Source: an uncultured bacterium | GTDB lineage: Bacteria > Krumholzibacteriota > Krumholzibacteriia > Krumholzibacteriales > Krumholzibacteriaceae | NCBI GenBank assembly: GCA_963813815.1 | Contig: CAWFAD010000008.1 | Coordinates: forward strand, 1-64,000 | DNA: 64,000 bases | Direction: 5' to 3' | In this document: positions 19,625 to 28,722 of the stretch, piece after piece | How positions within the stretch are numbered: position 1 is the first letter of the stretch | Layout: each line of letters starts with the position of its first letter | Position numbers and translations under genes: made by a program | The notes under the pieces: model-generated | Databases searched by the model: none | What the model saw: only the letters and a program-made list of their open reading frames with translations | What the model was told of the DNA's origin: nothing

Positions 19625-22267
19625 TCACTCCTCCGCGCGGTACGTATCGACGAGCGAGGTGAGCCGGAGGTACGGAAAGACGTCCGCCATTCTCTCGCCG
19701 GTCTCGAACACGACCGTCACCCGTTCCCCCGGAGCGATATCGAAATAGTTGTTCGAAAAATACCCGCGTCCGTCTCCGGCGTCGAGCCAGAGGTTCTTGA
19801 CGAGGACGTCCGACTCGATCTCGATGACGTGCGTGTTTCCCCGCCGCGAGCTGCAGTAGCGGACCTCAGCCGCGGCGCGAACGCCGGATGGATCGGTGCC
19901 GGGGCCGGCCGGCGCCATGGACCGGCGTCCGGTAATAATGACGGTCGGCCGGCAAGAGACGTACTCGACCGGCGGGAGGTCGAGATCCTTCGGAGGCACA
20001 AAGTAGAAAAGCTTTCTCGCCGCGAGGCCTTCGCCGCCCTCGAGCTTCACGTCGAGGAACACCTCTCCTCCGTCTCGGCCGCGGAGGACGCGCTCGACCG
20101 TTTCCTCGAAATAGAGCGCGCTCGAGAGCCCCGGCGCCTCGACCTCGAGCCATCGCTCCCACACGAGACCCCCGTCGAAATCCCTGATCTCGAGATCGAG
20201 CCCGCCGCGGAACGTTTCGCGGAGATCGGATACGATCCACACGCCGATCTTCCCGTCCTCGACGACCGGCGACACGAGGAGCGGCGCATAGGCCTCACGC
20301 GCGAAGTGATAGAGCGCCTTCGGAACGCCGTCGTAATCGACGCACGACCAGGAAACGGCCGGCCAGCAATCGTTCATCTGCCAGAAGAGGCTCCCCATGC
20401 AGCGCGGCATCGCCCGGCGTTCGGCCTCGATGCCGAACCGCACGCCCTCGGCCTGCACGAGCTGGCTCACGTACGCGAGATGCCGGAAATCCTCCGGCAC
20501 GCGGTACGAGCGCTCCATGTATTCGCGGATGATCGCGTTCCCGCGCGGGTGCTTCTGATGCGTCAGCATCACGTCCGAATCGGCGCTGAGCCCGCCGCCC
20601 CCCGTGAATCGTTCGATCGTTCCGAACGAGGGGAACGATTGAAAACCGAACTCGCTCATGAATCGCGGCACGCGCTCCGCGTATCGTTCGAAAGGCTCGC
20701 CATCGTGCCACACTCCCCAGTCGTGGCAATCCCCCTCCCGAAAACACCGCTCATCGGCGCGGCCGAAGCGTGGAGAGGTTGACACGTACGGGCGGCCGGG
20801 ATCGTGCTCCTCGACGACCGCGGGCAGCAGCTCGTGAAAGAGCTTCTCGTAGTCGCGCCATATCCGCGCCGAATCGGCGGGCGCCATGCCACGCTCGCGC
20901 TGCCAGCCCCAGTTGCGCCATCCCTCCTCGATTTCGTTGTTACCGCACCAGAGGGCGAGGCACGGATGATGGCGAAGGCGCTTCACGTTGTCGGCGGCCT
21001 CCCGCTCGACGTTGCGCAGAAACGCCAAATCGCCCGGATACATCGCGCAGGCGAACATGAAATCCTGCCAGACGAGGATGCCGTGCTCGTCGCAGAGATC
21101 GTAGAACGCGTCGTCCTCGTACACCCCCCCGCCCCAGACGCGGAGCATGTTCATGCCGGCTTCCGCCGCGAGCGCGACGAAATACTCGTACCGCTCGCGA
21201 GAGACCCGGCCGAGGAAGCTGTCGAGCGGGACCCAGTTGGCCCCCTTCATGTACACGGGCACACCGTTGAGCTCGAAATGAAAACCGCATCCGTCCGAGT
21301 CCGGCTCCTCGACGAGGGAGATCGTGCGGATGCCGACACGGCGCTCGGCGCCGTCGATCGAAACCCCGCCGGCGCGAATTTCCCCGCGGATCCGGTACAA
21401 ACGCGCCTCGCCGAGGCCGTTCGTCCACCAGAGCTCGGGATCGTCGATCGAGAGCTCGACCCGGCGCCTGTTGAGGCCCGGCGCGAGCGTCGTCTCGAAG
21501 CTCGCCGCCTTCGCTCCGTCCACGGACACCGCGATCGAGACGATCATCGTGTCGCCGGCCTCGATCTCGAAATCCGCGGCGAGCTCGGCGCGGTCCGGCG
21601 CCGCCATCCTCTGCGTCACGGCAAAATCCGATATACGGGCCTCGTCCCACAAGCGCAGGTACACGGGCCGCCAGATGCCGCACGTCACGAGCCGCGGGCT
21701 CCAGTCCCAGCCGTAGTGGTAGGCCGCCTTGCGGGTGAGAACGCGGGGGCCGCCGGGAAGCTCGCAGGGAAGCGCCTCCCACCGTTCCGCGACGGCCGCA
21801 ACGGGCGGGCGGAAGCGCACGAGAAGCTCGTTCCGCCCTTCCCGAAGAGCCTCTTCGCAGGGGATCGACCAGCGCCGGAACATGTTGTCCGCCTCGAGAA
21901 GAAGCGAATCGTTGAGGTACACCTCGGCGTACGTGTCGAGCCCCTCGAACACGAGATCGACGCGCCTCGCCGCGAGACGGTCCCTGCCGAGAAAGAACGT
22001 CGTGCGGTACTCCCAGCCGTCGTTTTCGAGGTCCTGAAGCCCCGCCTCGTTCGAGCGGAAGAACGGATCGCCGATGAGCCCGTTCGCGAGAAGGTCCGTA
22101 TGCGCGCATCCCGGAACCCGCGCTCCGCGCCACTCCGAGGTCCCGGCGCGGCGAAACTCCCAGCGGTCGTCGAGATCGATCCTCGAGCCGCCGTCGAACA
22201 CATAGCAGGAGAGCGAGAGGATCAAGGATGCGAGCGCTGGCGCAAATGCAAAGCGCTTCACTGCCAC
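19625..22267 (-). CDS. GH2 beta-mannosidase (probable lipoprotein)
   Basis: RKAAYHYGWDWSP, MKGANWVP, NMLRVWGGG, WCGNNE, FMSEFGFQS, WQMNDCWP; lipobox LSLSC. Confidence 0.92.
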   Translation of the reverse strand: MAVKRFAFAPALASLILSLSCYVFDGGSRIDLDDRWEFRRAGTSEWRGARVPGCAHTDLLANGLIGDPFFRSNEAGLQDLENDGWEYRTTFFLGRDRLAARRVDLVFEGLDTYAEVYLNDSLLLEADNMFRRWSIPCEEALREGRNELLVRFRPPVAAVAERWEALPCELPGGPRVLTRKAAYHYGWDWSPRLVTCGIWRPVYLRLWDEARISDFAVTQRMAAPDRAELAADFEIEAGDTMIVSIAVSVDGAKAASFETTLAPGLNRRRVELSIDDPELWWTNGLGEARLYRIRGEIRAGGVSIDGAERRVGIRTISLVEEPDSDGCGFHFELNGVPVYMKGANWVPLDSFLGRVSRERYEYFVALAAEAGMNMLRVWGGGVYEDDAFYDLCDEHGILVWQDFMFACAMYPGDLAFLRNVEREAADNVKRLRHHPCLALWCGNNEIEEGWRNWGWQRERGMAPADSARIWRDYEKLFHELLPAVVEEHDPGRPYVSTSPRFGRADERCFREGDCHDWGVWHDGEPFERYAERVPRFMSEFGFQSFPSFGTIERFTGGGGLSADSDVMLTHQKHPRGNAIIREYMERSYRVPEDFRHLAYVSQLVQAEGVRFGIEAERRAMPRCMGSLFWQMNDCWPAVSWSCVDYDGVPKALYHFAREAYAPLLVSPVVEDGKIGVWIVSDLRETFRGGLDLEIRDFDGGLVWERWLEVEAPGLSSALYFEETVERVLRGRDGGEVFLDVKLEGGEGLAARKLFYFVPPKDLDLPPVEYVSCRPTVIITGRRSMAPAGPGTDPSGVRAAAEVRYCSSRRGNTHVIEIESDVLVKNLWLDAGDGRGYFSNNYFDIAPGERVTVVFETGERMADVFPYLRLTSLVDTYRAEE

Positions 22268-22338
22268 CTCTTGGAAGCACGGGCCGAACGGGAGGATTCA
22301 ACCGCCGCAGTATACCACAGGATCGCGGCGAAAGTCGC

Positions 22339-22367
22339 TTGACGAAAAGAATCATGAGCGGTATAAG
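22339..22367 (+). promoter_or_regulatory. Probable sigma70 promoter of the Fe-S protein gene
   Basis: TTGACG-17bp-TATAAG in an AT-rich intergenic region. Confidence 0.45.
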
Positions 22368-22470
22368 GAAATCAGGGCACGTATATTGCTTATTAATTAA
22401 TAGATATTCTTGCTACTGCCCGACGCGGGACCCACGTAACGGCCCCGATACGCCGCGAGAAGGAGCATAA

Positions 22471-23328
22471 ATGGTAGATCGCAAGATCATTCGAATAGAC
22501 GAAGAGCGCTGCAACGGCTGCGGCCTTTGCCTGCCGAAATGCCCCGAGGGGGCGCTGAGAATCATCGACGGCAAGGCCCGGCTCATCGGGGATATTCTCT
22601 GCGACGGCCTCGGCGCCTGCATCGGATATTGCCCCGAGGGCGCCATCACGGTTGAGGCGCGCGAAGCGGAGCCCTACGACGAGAGAAAGGTCATAGCGGT
22701 CATGGCGAAGCTCGGCCCGGGCGTCATATACGCGCACCTCGACCATCTCCGAAGCCACCGGGAGCTCGCGTACCTCGCCGAGGCTCTGAAATACCTGTCG
22801 GAAAACGCCCTTCCCATTCCGCTCGAGTTCCTCGATTCGGGGGGCGCGGCGGAGGATTCTTCATTCAATGCGCCGCCTACCTGTCCGGGCGTCAGCATCA
22901 GGGATTTGACCGGCGAAACCGCCGACTCCCGTCTCGAGGAGGGAGAGAAGGGCCGCTCGCGTCTCGGCCACTGGCCCGTTCAGATAGCGCTCGTGCAGCC
23001 CGCGGCTCCATTCCTCAGGGGCGCGGAGCTACTGATCACGGCCGACTGCGTGCCGTTCGCGTACGCTGATTTTCACGAGCGAATTTTGAAGGGGAAGGTG
23101 TGTCTCGTCGGTTGCCCGAAGCTCGACGACGCGCAGCAATACCTCGACAGGCTCGCCGCGGTCTTTCAGGTGAACGACATACGCTCCGTCACGATCGCCC
23201 ACATGGAGGTGCCATGCTGTTTCGGCATGGTGAAGCTCGTCGAAGCGGCGATCGGGCGCTCGGGAAAATCGATCCCCCTCGAGACCCGCGTTCTGAGCGT
23301 GAAGGGCGAGCCGATGGGATGGTCCTGA
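22471..23328 (+). CDS. 4Fe-4S ferredoxin-domain protein
   Basis: CNGCGLCLPKCP and CDGLGACIGYCP; C-terminal HWPVQ, ADC, GCPKLD, MEVPCC motifs. Confidence 0.88.
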   Translation: MVDRKIIRIDEERCNGCGLCLPKCPEGALRIIDGKARLIGDILCDGLGACIGYCPEGAITVEAREAEPYDERKVIAVMAKLGPGVIYAHLDHLRSHRELAYLAEALKYLSENALPIPLEFLDSGGAAEDSSFNAPPTCPGVSIRDLTGETADSRLEEGEKGRSRLGHWPVQIALVQPAAPFLRGAELLITADCVPFAYADFHERILKGKVCLVGCPKLDDAQQYLDRLAAVFQVNDIRSVTIAHMEVPCCFGMVKLVEAAIGRSGKSIPLETRVLSVKGEPMGWS

Positions 23329-23347
23329 TCCTCCCGCCCGGCCCGGG

Positions 23348-23776
23348 CTATCGCTTGAGATCCCACCACCCGTACCAGCCGAGATAGATGGCGAGCTTGT
23401 TGTCGCTGCGGTCCGACTCGAAATAGCGGTCCCAGATGTACTCGACGCCCGCCGTCGCGGAGAGACCCTTCGTCGTGTAGAGATCGAGCGAGAGGCCGAG
23501 CGCCGGACCGACGGTGTTGTTCCAGTCGTACCCTTCCGTATCCACGCGGTAGCGAAGCGCGGCGTAGGTGTTGAGCGTCGCGTGGCGCCATTCGGCCCAG
23601 TCCACGCCCTGCTTCACCCAACCCTGGAGCACGAGGTTATCGGGCAGATCGTCGTGAAACTCCTGCCGGAGGTCGCCCCACGTCGCGCCGCGAAGTCCGA
23701 CGATCGCCTGCGCGCTCGCGGAGAGCAGCACGAGGAACGCCGCCGACACCGATACGAGAATGATCCGTCGAATCAT
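23348..23776 (-). CDS. Small secreted, putative outer-membrane beta-barrel protein
   Basis: Signal peptide MIRRIILVSVSAAFLVLLSASAQA; alternating aromatic beta-strands; ends YLGWYGWWDLKR; ATGA overlap with the upstream gene. Confidence 0.7.
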   Translation of the reverse strand: MIRRIILVSVSAAFLVLLSASAQAIVGLRGATWGDLRQEFHDDLPDNLVLQGWVKQGVDWAEWRHATLNTYAALRYRVDTEGYDWNNTVGPALGLSLDLYTTKGLSATAGVEYIWDRYFESDRSDNKLAIYLGWYGWWDLKR

Positions 23777-25188
23777 CGTTGTCTCCTTCCATAGATAACC
23801 GCGTCGGTAAAACCCCATGAATGCCGGATAGTATAGTTCCTGACGAGCCGGAAGTCCCGATCGATGTACGCGCTCCACGCCGCGCACGGGGTCAGCTTGC
23901 CGTAGTAGAGATCCTCGCACACGACGAAGTCGACGTGCTCGGTGAAGGCAGGCTCGTCGCCGTCCACCGCGTCGACGTCCCGCAGGTTGATCCACTTCGC
24001 GCGGGGAAAGCGGTCCTCGAGCGTGTACCGGTAGATGTCGCCGTCCCAGCCGTTCATCGCGACGATCATTCCGTCGAATCCGTTCTCGCCGAAGAACTCG
24101 ATGACCGGGCTCACGTCGGGATAGTCCCGCTCGAGCCACTTCAGGTTTCTCGCGCCGTACACTCCGAAGATCAGCACGATGGCCGCCGTGAAAAAGACCC
24201 GGACGGCGCGGCTCCGGGTCCCCGACGAGAAGAGCCTCGCCAGGTGGTCCACGCCGAGCGCGGCGGCCGGCGCGAAAAAGATGACGGCGAAGATCATGTT
24301 CTTGTTGACGCCTTGCTCGGCGCGGGTCACGAGGTGGAGCGCGATGATCGGAGCGCCGAGGGCCATGAGCATCGCCGCTTTCTTCCCGTGCCGCTCGTGA
24401 AAGAGGCCGAACGCGGCGAGCACGAGCACGAGGTCGATCCACCGGAACGCCCTCTCGAAAATGGTTTTGAACGGCACCGTGATGACGCGGTACGTCTCGA
24501 TCTGCCCGCGAACGACCGTTCCCGGCGCGAACTGGTCGAACGCGACATAGAGAGCGCCGAGCGCGGCGATCGGCAGCGCGCAGTAGAGAATCGTCCGCCT
24601 CCAGCCGTGCGAGAAGAGCACGTAGAGCCCGAGCGCGGGCATGAAGATGGGAAGCAGGTATTTCGTGATTCCCGCGATAAAGAGCGCGATCGAACCGATG
24701 GCGATGGCGAAGGCGCGGTGCCGCCCGGAGGCGACGCGCGTGGAAAGAACGAGCATGCAGAACGACGCGCCGAGAAAGAACGCCGCCGTCATGTCGTAGG
24801 TCGCGAGCTTCGAGAGGTACAGGGTCTGCCCGGTGCATATGAAGAGGATCGCCGACAGGAGCCCGAGCGTTTCGCCGAGCAGGAGGGTCGAGGCGAGATA
24901 CACGGTCGCGGTGAGCCCGAGCCCGAAGGCGAGGCTCACGATCCGCGCTCCATGGATCCCCCCGAACGAGTCGCCGATCGCGGCGAGCACGGGATGAATG
25001 CGCGGGTTCCCCGTCGCGTACGGACAGCCGGGGCACGGATCGCCGGCGAGCAGCTCACGGCCCATCATGATGTGGTACGCCTCGTCGATGAAGACCGAGT
25101 TGTAATCGAGATCAAAGACGGTGACGAGAAGCCCGTACAGGAGCACGAGCAGCAGCAGGTAACGTGGCCGTATACTCAAGCGCTTCAT
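23773..25188 (-). CDS. ArnT/PMT-like (GT-C) membrane glycosyltransferase
   Basis: FIDEAYH acidic loop after TM1; LATYD; many TM helices; ITKY. Confidence 0.8.
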   Translation of the reverse strand: MKRLSIRPRYLLLLVLLYGLLVTVFDLDYNSVFIDEAYHIMMGRELLAGDPCPGCPYATGNPRIHPVLAAIGDSFGGIHGARIVSLAFGLGLTATVYLASTLLLGETLGLLSAILFICTGQTLYLSKLATYDMTAAFFLGASFCMLVLSTRVASGRHRAFAIAIGSIALFIAGITKYLLPIFMPALGLYVLFSHGWRRTILYCALPIAALGALYVAFDQFAPGTVVRGQIETYRVITVPFKTIFERAFRWIDLVLVLAAFGLFHERHGKKAAMLMALGAPIIALHLVTRAEQGVNKNMIFAVIFFAPAAALGVDHLARLFSSGTRSRAVRVFFTAAIVLIFGVYGARNLKWLERDYPDVSPVIEFFGENGFDGMIVAMNGWDGDIYRYTLEDRFPRAKWINLRDVDAVDGDEPAFTEHVDFVVCEDLYYGKLTPCAAWSAYIDRDFRLVRNYTIRHSWGFTDAVIYGRRQR

Positions 25189-25189
25189 A

Positions 25190-27403
25190 TTATCGGGAGG
25201 TTGCGAGCGCGGCCGCGATCGCGACGACCCGTCCGATCGCGTCGGCGCCGGTTTCCTCGAACCGGACTCCGGCGAGGCGCTCGGGATACTCGTCCGAGCC
25301 CCGATCGAGAACGCGCACCACGATCCCGCGCAGCGTCACCGCGTCCTCGCGGAAAGCCACTTCGACGACGACCCGATCCCCCTCGGCGAGCGCGTCGCGC
25401 GAGACGAGCAGCATTCCCGTATCCGACACGTCGCGGATCACGCCGACGGAGCACCGCTCCCCGCCCGCTCCGATCGACGCGGGCAGGTAGGCCGGGAGAC
25501 GTCTTGCGCGCTCCCGGCGCTCCGGCTCCTTGGCGAGACGCTTGTCGAGATAGGTCCGGTAGCGCGTCGAATATTCGGAGAGAAACTTCACGACGGACGA
25601 TTCGCGCAGGTAGCGCGAGAAGTTGTCGACCTCGCCCGTGACGCCGGTCACGGCGATGCCGAAGCGTCCGATGACGTCGCCGCCCGCGGCCGCGGTCTTC
25701 GCGTGCTTCACGTGCCCCGAGGCCCGCACCGTGGCGCGCGGCAGATCGAGCTCGAGCGCGAGGTCGCGGTTCTTCGGGATCTCTCCGAGCGAGACGATCG
25801 AGATCCCCGTTTCCGTCGCGTCCTCGGCGACGGCGAGCTGTCGCGCCGTCCGTTTCCCGTCGCCCCAGCTCACCCGCACCGGCACGGCGTCGAGCAGCCG
25901 GAACTCCCCGCGCCGCTGCTCGAGCTTCGAACGCGCGTAGAGAATGATCGCGAGCGCGAGCCCGCTGTTGAAGAGCGCCCAGAGGCTGTTGACCGCGATG
26001 ATGAACTCGTCCGAACGGCGCCCGGCGAGGAGCATCCAGAGGGCGAAGGCTATGCCGAGGACGCTCGCGCCGACGACGATCATCTGCGGCGCGAGGAGCG
26101 CGTTCGGGGCCGTGGGCAGCTCTCCCTTCGGCGTCACCTTGAACTGGCGCGCGCGCTTCGGCAGGAGAAGCGAAAAGAACGACTGCAGGTACGTGACGAA
26201 TTTCCCCATGCTGAACTGCTCGAGGAGGAGATACCCCGCGTACCCGCGCCCCATCTCGTTGTAGGCGAAGAGCGAGAGGGCGTAGTACGGAACGAAATGC
26301 ATGAGATAGGTGATGTCGAGCGCCTGCATCGGCAGCACGCCGGTAAAGAGCACGATGGGCGGCGTCGCGTAAAAAACGAGCTTCTGGAATCCCTCAATCG
26401 GATAAATGAGGCTCCCGAGGTAACACAGCCGCTGCGCGAAGGTGAGCCCGCGGACGAAGAGCGGGTTGACCGTGAAAAACACCTGCCATCCGCCGAGGCT
26501 CCACCGGCGCCTCTGAATGTGGAAGGGACGCAGCGTCTCCGCGGCGATGCCGTACGCGAGCGGCTCGAGATGGTACGCCGATTTCCAGCCCTTCGCGTGT
26601 ATCTTGACCGAGGTGAGCATATCCTCGGTGATCGATCCCGTCGCGAAACCGCCCACGTCGTCGAGCGCCGCGCGCCGCATGACGGCGCAGCTTCCGACGA
26701 AGTACGCCGCCTCCCATCGATCGCGGCCCGGCTGAATGAGATTGTAAAAAAGGCCCTGCTCCGTCCAGACGTACTTCTTATCGCGATCGACGCGGTGCTG
26801 AAAGGAATCGATGTTGTAGAACTCCTGCGGAGACTGCGCGAAAGCCATCTTCTCGTCGGCGAAGTAGCCGATGAGGCGGTCGATGAACCACGGAAGAGGC
26901 GCGTGGTCGGCGTCGAAGATGGCGACGAACTCGGCCGTCGAATGTTGGAGGCCGAAATTGACGTTGCCCGCCTTCGCGTGCTCGTGCGTCTCGCGCGCGA
27001 GGTACACGCACCCGAGCTCGGCGCAGAGATCTCTCACGGCGGGGCGGTTCTCGTCGTCGAGAACGAGCGTGCGGTGCGGGTAGCGCAAATCGTTGCAGGC
27101 GAGCAACGTCTTGCGGAGCACCGCGGTCGATTCGCTCTTCGTCGGAATGAGAACGTCGACGGAACGGCCGGCGAGCGGGGGCGGCCCGGTGCGCACGCGC
27201 GGTCTCCAGACGGTGAAGAAGAAGAGAAACGTCGTGAGGGCGCCGAAGCATTCGGCGATCCAGAGGGCCCACGAGAATACGAGCGCCTGCTGGTTGAACG
27301 TCGACGAGACGCGCCAGTAGAGATAGTACAGCGTCACGACCGCCGAAGCGACCGCGACGGCGCGGCGGAGATTTTCACCTCTCGAGCGTTCTGTCTGACT
27401 CAA
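25190..27403 (-). CDS. Cellulose synthase BcsA-like GT2 with two C-terminal PilZ domains
   Basis: HAKAGN, FDAD, TED, QRRRW; PilZ motifs QRRGEFR..DATETGI and RRERARR..DVSDTGM. Confidence 0.85.
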   Translation of the reverse strand: MSQTERSRGENLRRAVAVASAVVTLYYLYWRVSSTFNQQALVFSWALWIAECFGALTTFLFFFTVWRPRVRTGPPPLAGRSVDVLIPTKSESTAVLRKTLLACNDLRYPHRTLVLDDENRPAVRDLCAELGCVYLARETHEHAKAGNVNFGLQHSTAEFVAIFDADHAPLPWFIDRLIGYFADEKMAFAQSPQEFYNIDSFQHRVDRDKKYVWTEQGLFYNLIQPGRDRWEAAYFVGSCAVMRRAALDDVGGFATGSITEDMLTSVKIHAKGWKSAYHLEPLAYGIAAETLRPFHIQRRRWSLGGWQVFFTVNPLFVRGLTFAQRLCYLGSLIYPIEGFQKLVFYATPPIVLFTGVLPMQALDITYLMHFVPYYALSLFAYNEMGRGYAGYLLLEQFSMGKFVTYLQSFFSLLLPKRARQFKVTPKGELPTAPNALLAPQMIVVGASVLGIAFALWMLLAGRRSDEFIIAVNSLWALFNSGLALAIILYARSKLEQRRGEFRLLDAVPVRVSWGDGKRTARQLAVAEDATETGISIVSLGEIPKNRDLALELDLPRATVRASGHVKHAKTAAAGGDVIGRFGIAVTGVTGEVDNFSRYLRESSVVKFLSEYSTRYRTYLDKRLAKEPERRERARRLPAYLPASIGAGGERCSVGVIRDVSDTGMLLVSRDALAEGDRVVVEVAFREDAVTLRGIVVRVLDRGSDEYPERLAGVRFEETGADAIGRVVAIAAALATSR

Positions 27404-27469
27404 AATGATTCACCCTGCGGCGGGATTGTCTCGCTTTCCGCCGCTACCCTAGCATCAAACTTCTCGTAT

Positions 27470-27485
27470 ATCAAGTTCTATGCCA
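27470..27485 (-). promoter_or_regulatory. sigma54 (-24/-12) promoter of the synthase operon
   Basis: TGGCAT-AGAAC-TTGAT (GG-N10-GA variant), about 65 bp upstream of the start. Confidence 0.55.
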
Positions 27486-27797
27486 GCGGACGAGGCGCCG
27501 GGACGCCATCGAGGAGCCCCTGAGCGGCCGCATATCATTCAATTGTGCAATGGCCCATGCAAAAATGCGCGCCATCGCGGCCGGGCGGCCGCTCCCATGA
27601 TTGCCCATCGCTGCCTCCTCTTCCCGGATGACAAAATCGCAATTATTTCGAAATAGCTCATTCGAGGAGGGGAACCCGCACTCGGCGGCATGGGCTTACT
27701 TATTGCGCTGTATAATAATGAGTTGCCATTCGCCGTCCGGCGCCGCCCTCCCCCCGTCCGCCCTCCTCCCCGGGCGGAATCGTTCCACCCGCGCCGG

Positions 27798-27813
27798 TGG
27801 CCTATGATTTGCA
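27798..27813 (+). promoter_or_regulatory. sigma54 (-24/-12) promoter of the pilin cluster
   Basis: TGGCCT-ATGAT-TTGCA, exact GG-N10-GC spacing, 42 bp before the ATG. Confidence 0.7.
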
Positions 27814-27855
27814 TGAACCGGGCGGGTGATTCATTTGAAGCGCAAGGGGCAGAAT

Positions 27856-28314
27856 ATGAAAAAGGCCGGTTTCACGCTCGTCGAGCTCATGGTGACGGTA
27901 TGCATTATCGGGCTCATCGCCGTGCTCTCGATCCCGGGGTTCACGCGCTTCCGGCAGAGCTGGAAGCTCAACGGCGAAGCGGATCAGATCGCCTCCACGA
28001 TACGTGCGGCCCGCGCCGCGGCGGTGATGAAGAGCATCAACGCGATCTTCACGTTCGACATGGACAACTCGACGTTCTTCTATTTCGAGGACAACGATCG
28101 CGACGGAACGCGCGACAGCGACGAGTACCGGAGCGCGACCTACGACCTCGATCCCGCGATCGTGTTTTCGGCGAGCACGCTACCCGGCACCACCCTCACC
28201 TTCGGCTCGATGGGAAACACGCCGAACAGCGGCATCATAACGCTGCGCAACACGTACAACCGAACCCGGAATATCCGGGTCTACGGCGGGACCGGAAACA
28301 TCGCCGTCGACTGA
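27856..28314 (+). CDS. FimT/GspH-like minor (pseudo)pilin
   Basis: Class III signal MKKAG|FTLVELMV; IRAARAAAV; TFGSMG. Confidence 0.88.
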   Translation: MKKAGFTLVELMVTVCIIGLIAVLSIPGFTRFRQSWKLNGEADQIASTIRAARAAAVMKSINAIFTFDMDNSTFFYFEDNDRDGTRDSDEYRSATYDLDPAIVFSASTLPGTTLTFGSMGNTPNSGIITLRNTYNRTRNIRVYGGTGNIAVD

Positions 28315-28324
28315 CAGGAGAGCC

Positions 28325-28714
28325 ATGAACGCGATAAAATCACAGCGGGGCATGGGGCTCATCGAGATCGTTGTCGCGATGATCCTGCTTTCGATCGGGA
28401 TCGCCGCGGCGCTCCGCACTCTACCGGACAGCAACAAAGCCACCTCGCGCGCGCGCAACATCACGATTGCGACGAATCTCGCGCAGGAGCAGGTCGAACG
28501 CCTCCTCGGATCGGAATACTCCGACGCCACTCTCACGGCCGGTTCGCACACCGATCCCGGGAATCCGATCGATCGCCACTTCAGCAGGGGCTGGACCGTG
28601 GTTGACGACTCGCCGATTTCGGGAATGAAAACGGTTTCCGTCACGGTGAGCTTCAACTCCGGCAGCGCCGACAGCTCCGTGACCCTCAACACGCTACTTA
28701 CCTCGAGGCGGTGA
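28325..28714 (+). CDS. PilV-like minor pilin
   Basis: SQRG|MGLIEIVVAM; ATNLAQEQVE. Confidence 0.82.
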   Translation: MNAIKSQRGMGLIEIVVAMILLSIGIAAALRTLPDSNKATSRARNITIATNLAQEQVERLLGSEYSDATLTAGSHTDPGNPIDRHFSRGWTVVDDSPISGMKTVSVTVSFNSGSADSSVTLNTLLTSRR

Positions 28715-28722
28715 CCGATTAT

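Noticed and set aside
16588..19662. 1024-aa + strand ORF and similar long antisense ORFs (e.g. 28180-31185, 8900-10990, 33825-35879)
   Set aside because: Shadow frames opposite well-supported genes in high-GC DNA, with no recognisable motifs.
23348..25036. 562-aa ORF
   Set aside because: Only the last 142 aa (from ATG 23776, with RBS and signal peptide) look real; the rest overlaps the GT-C gene out of frame.
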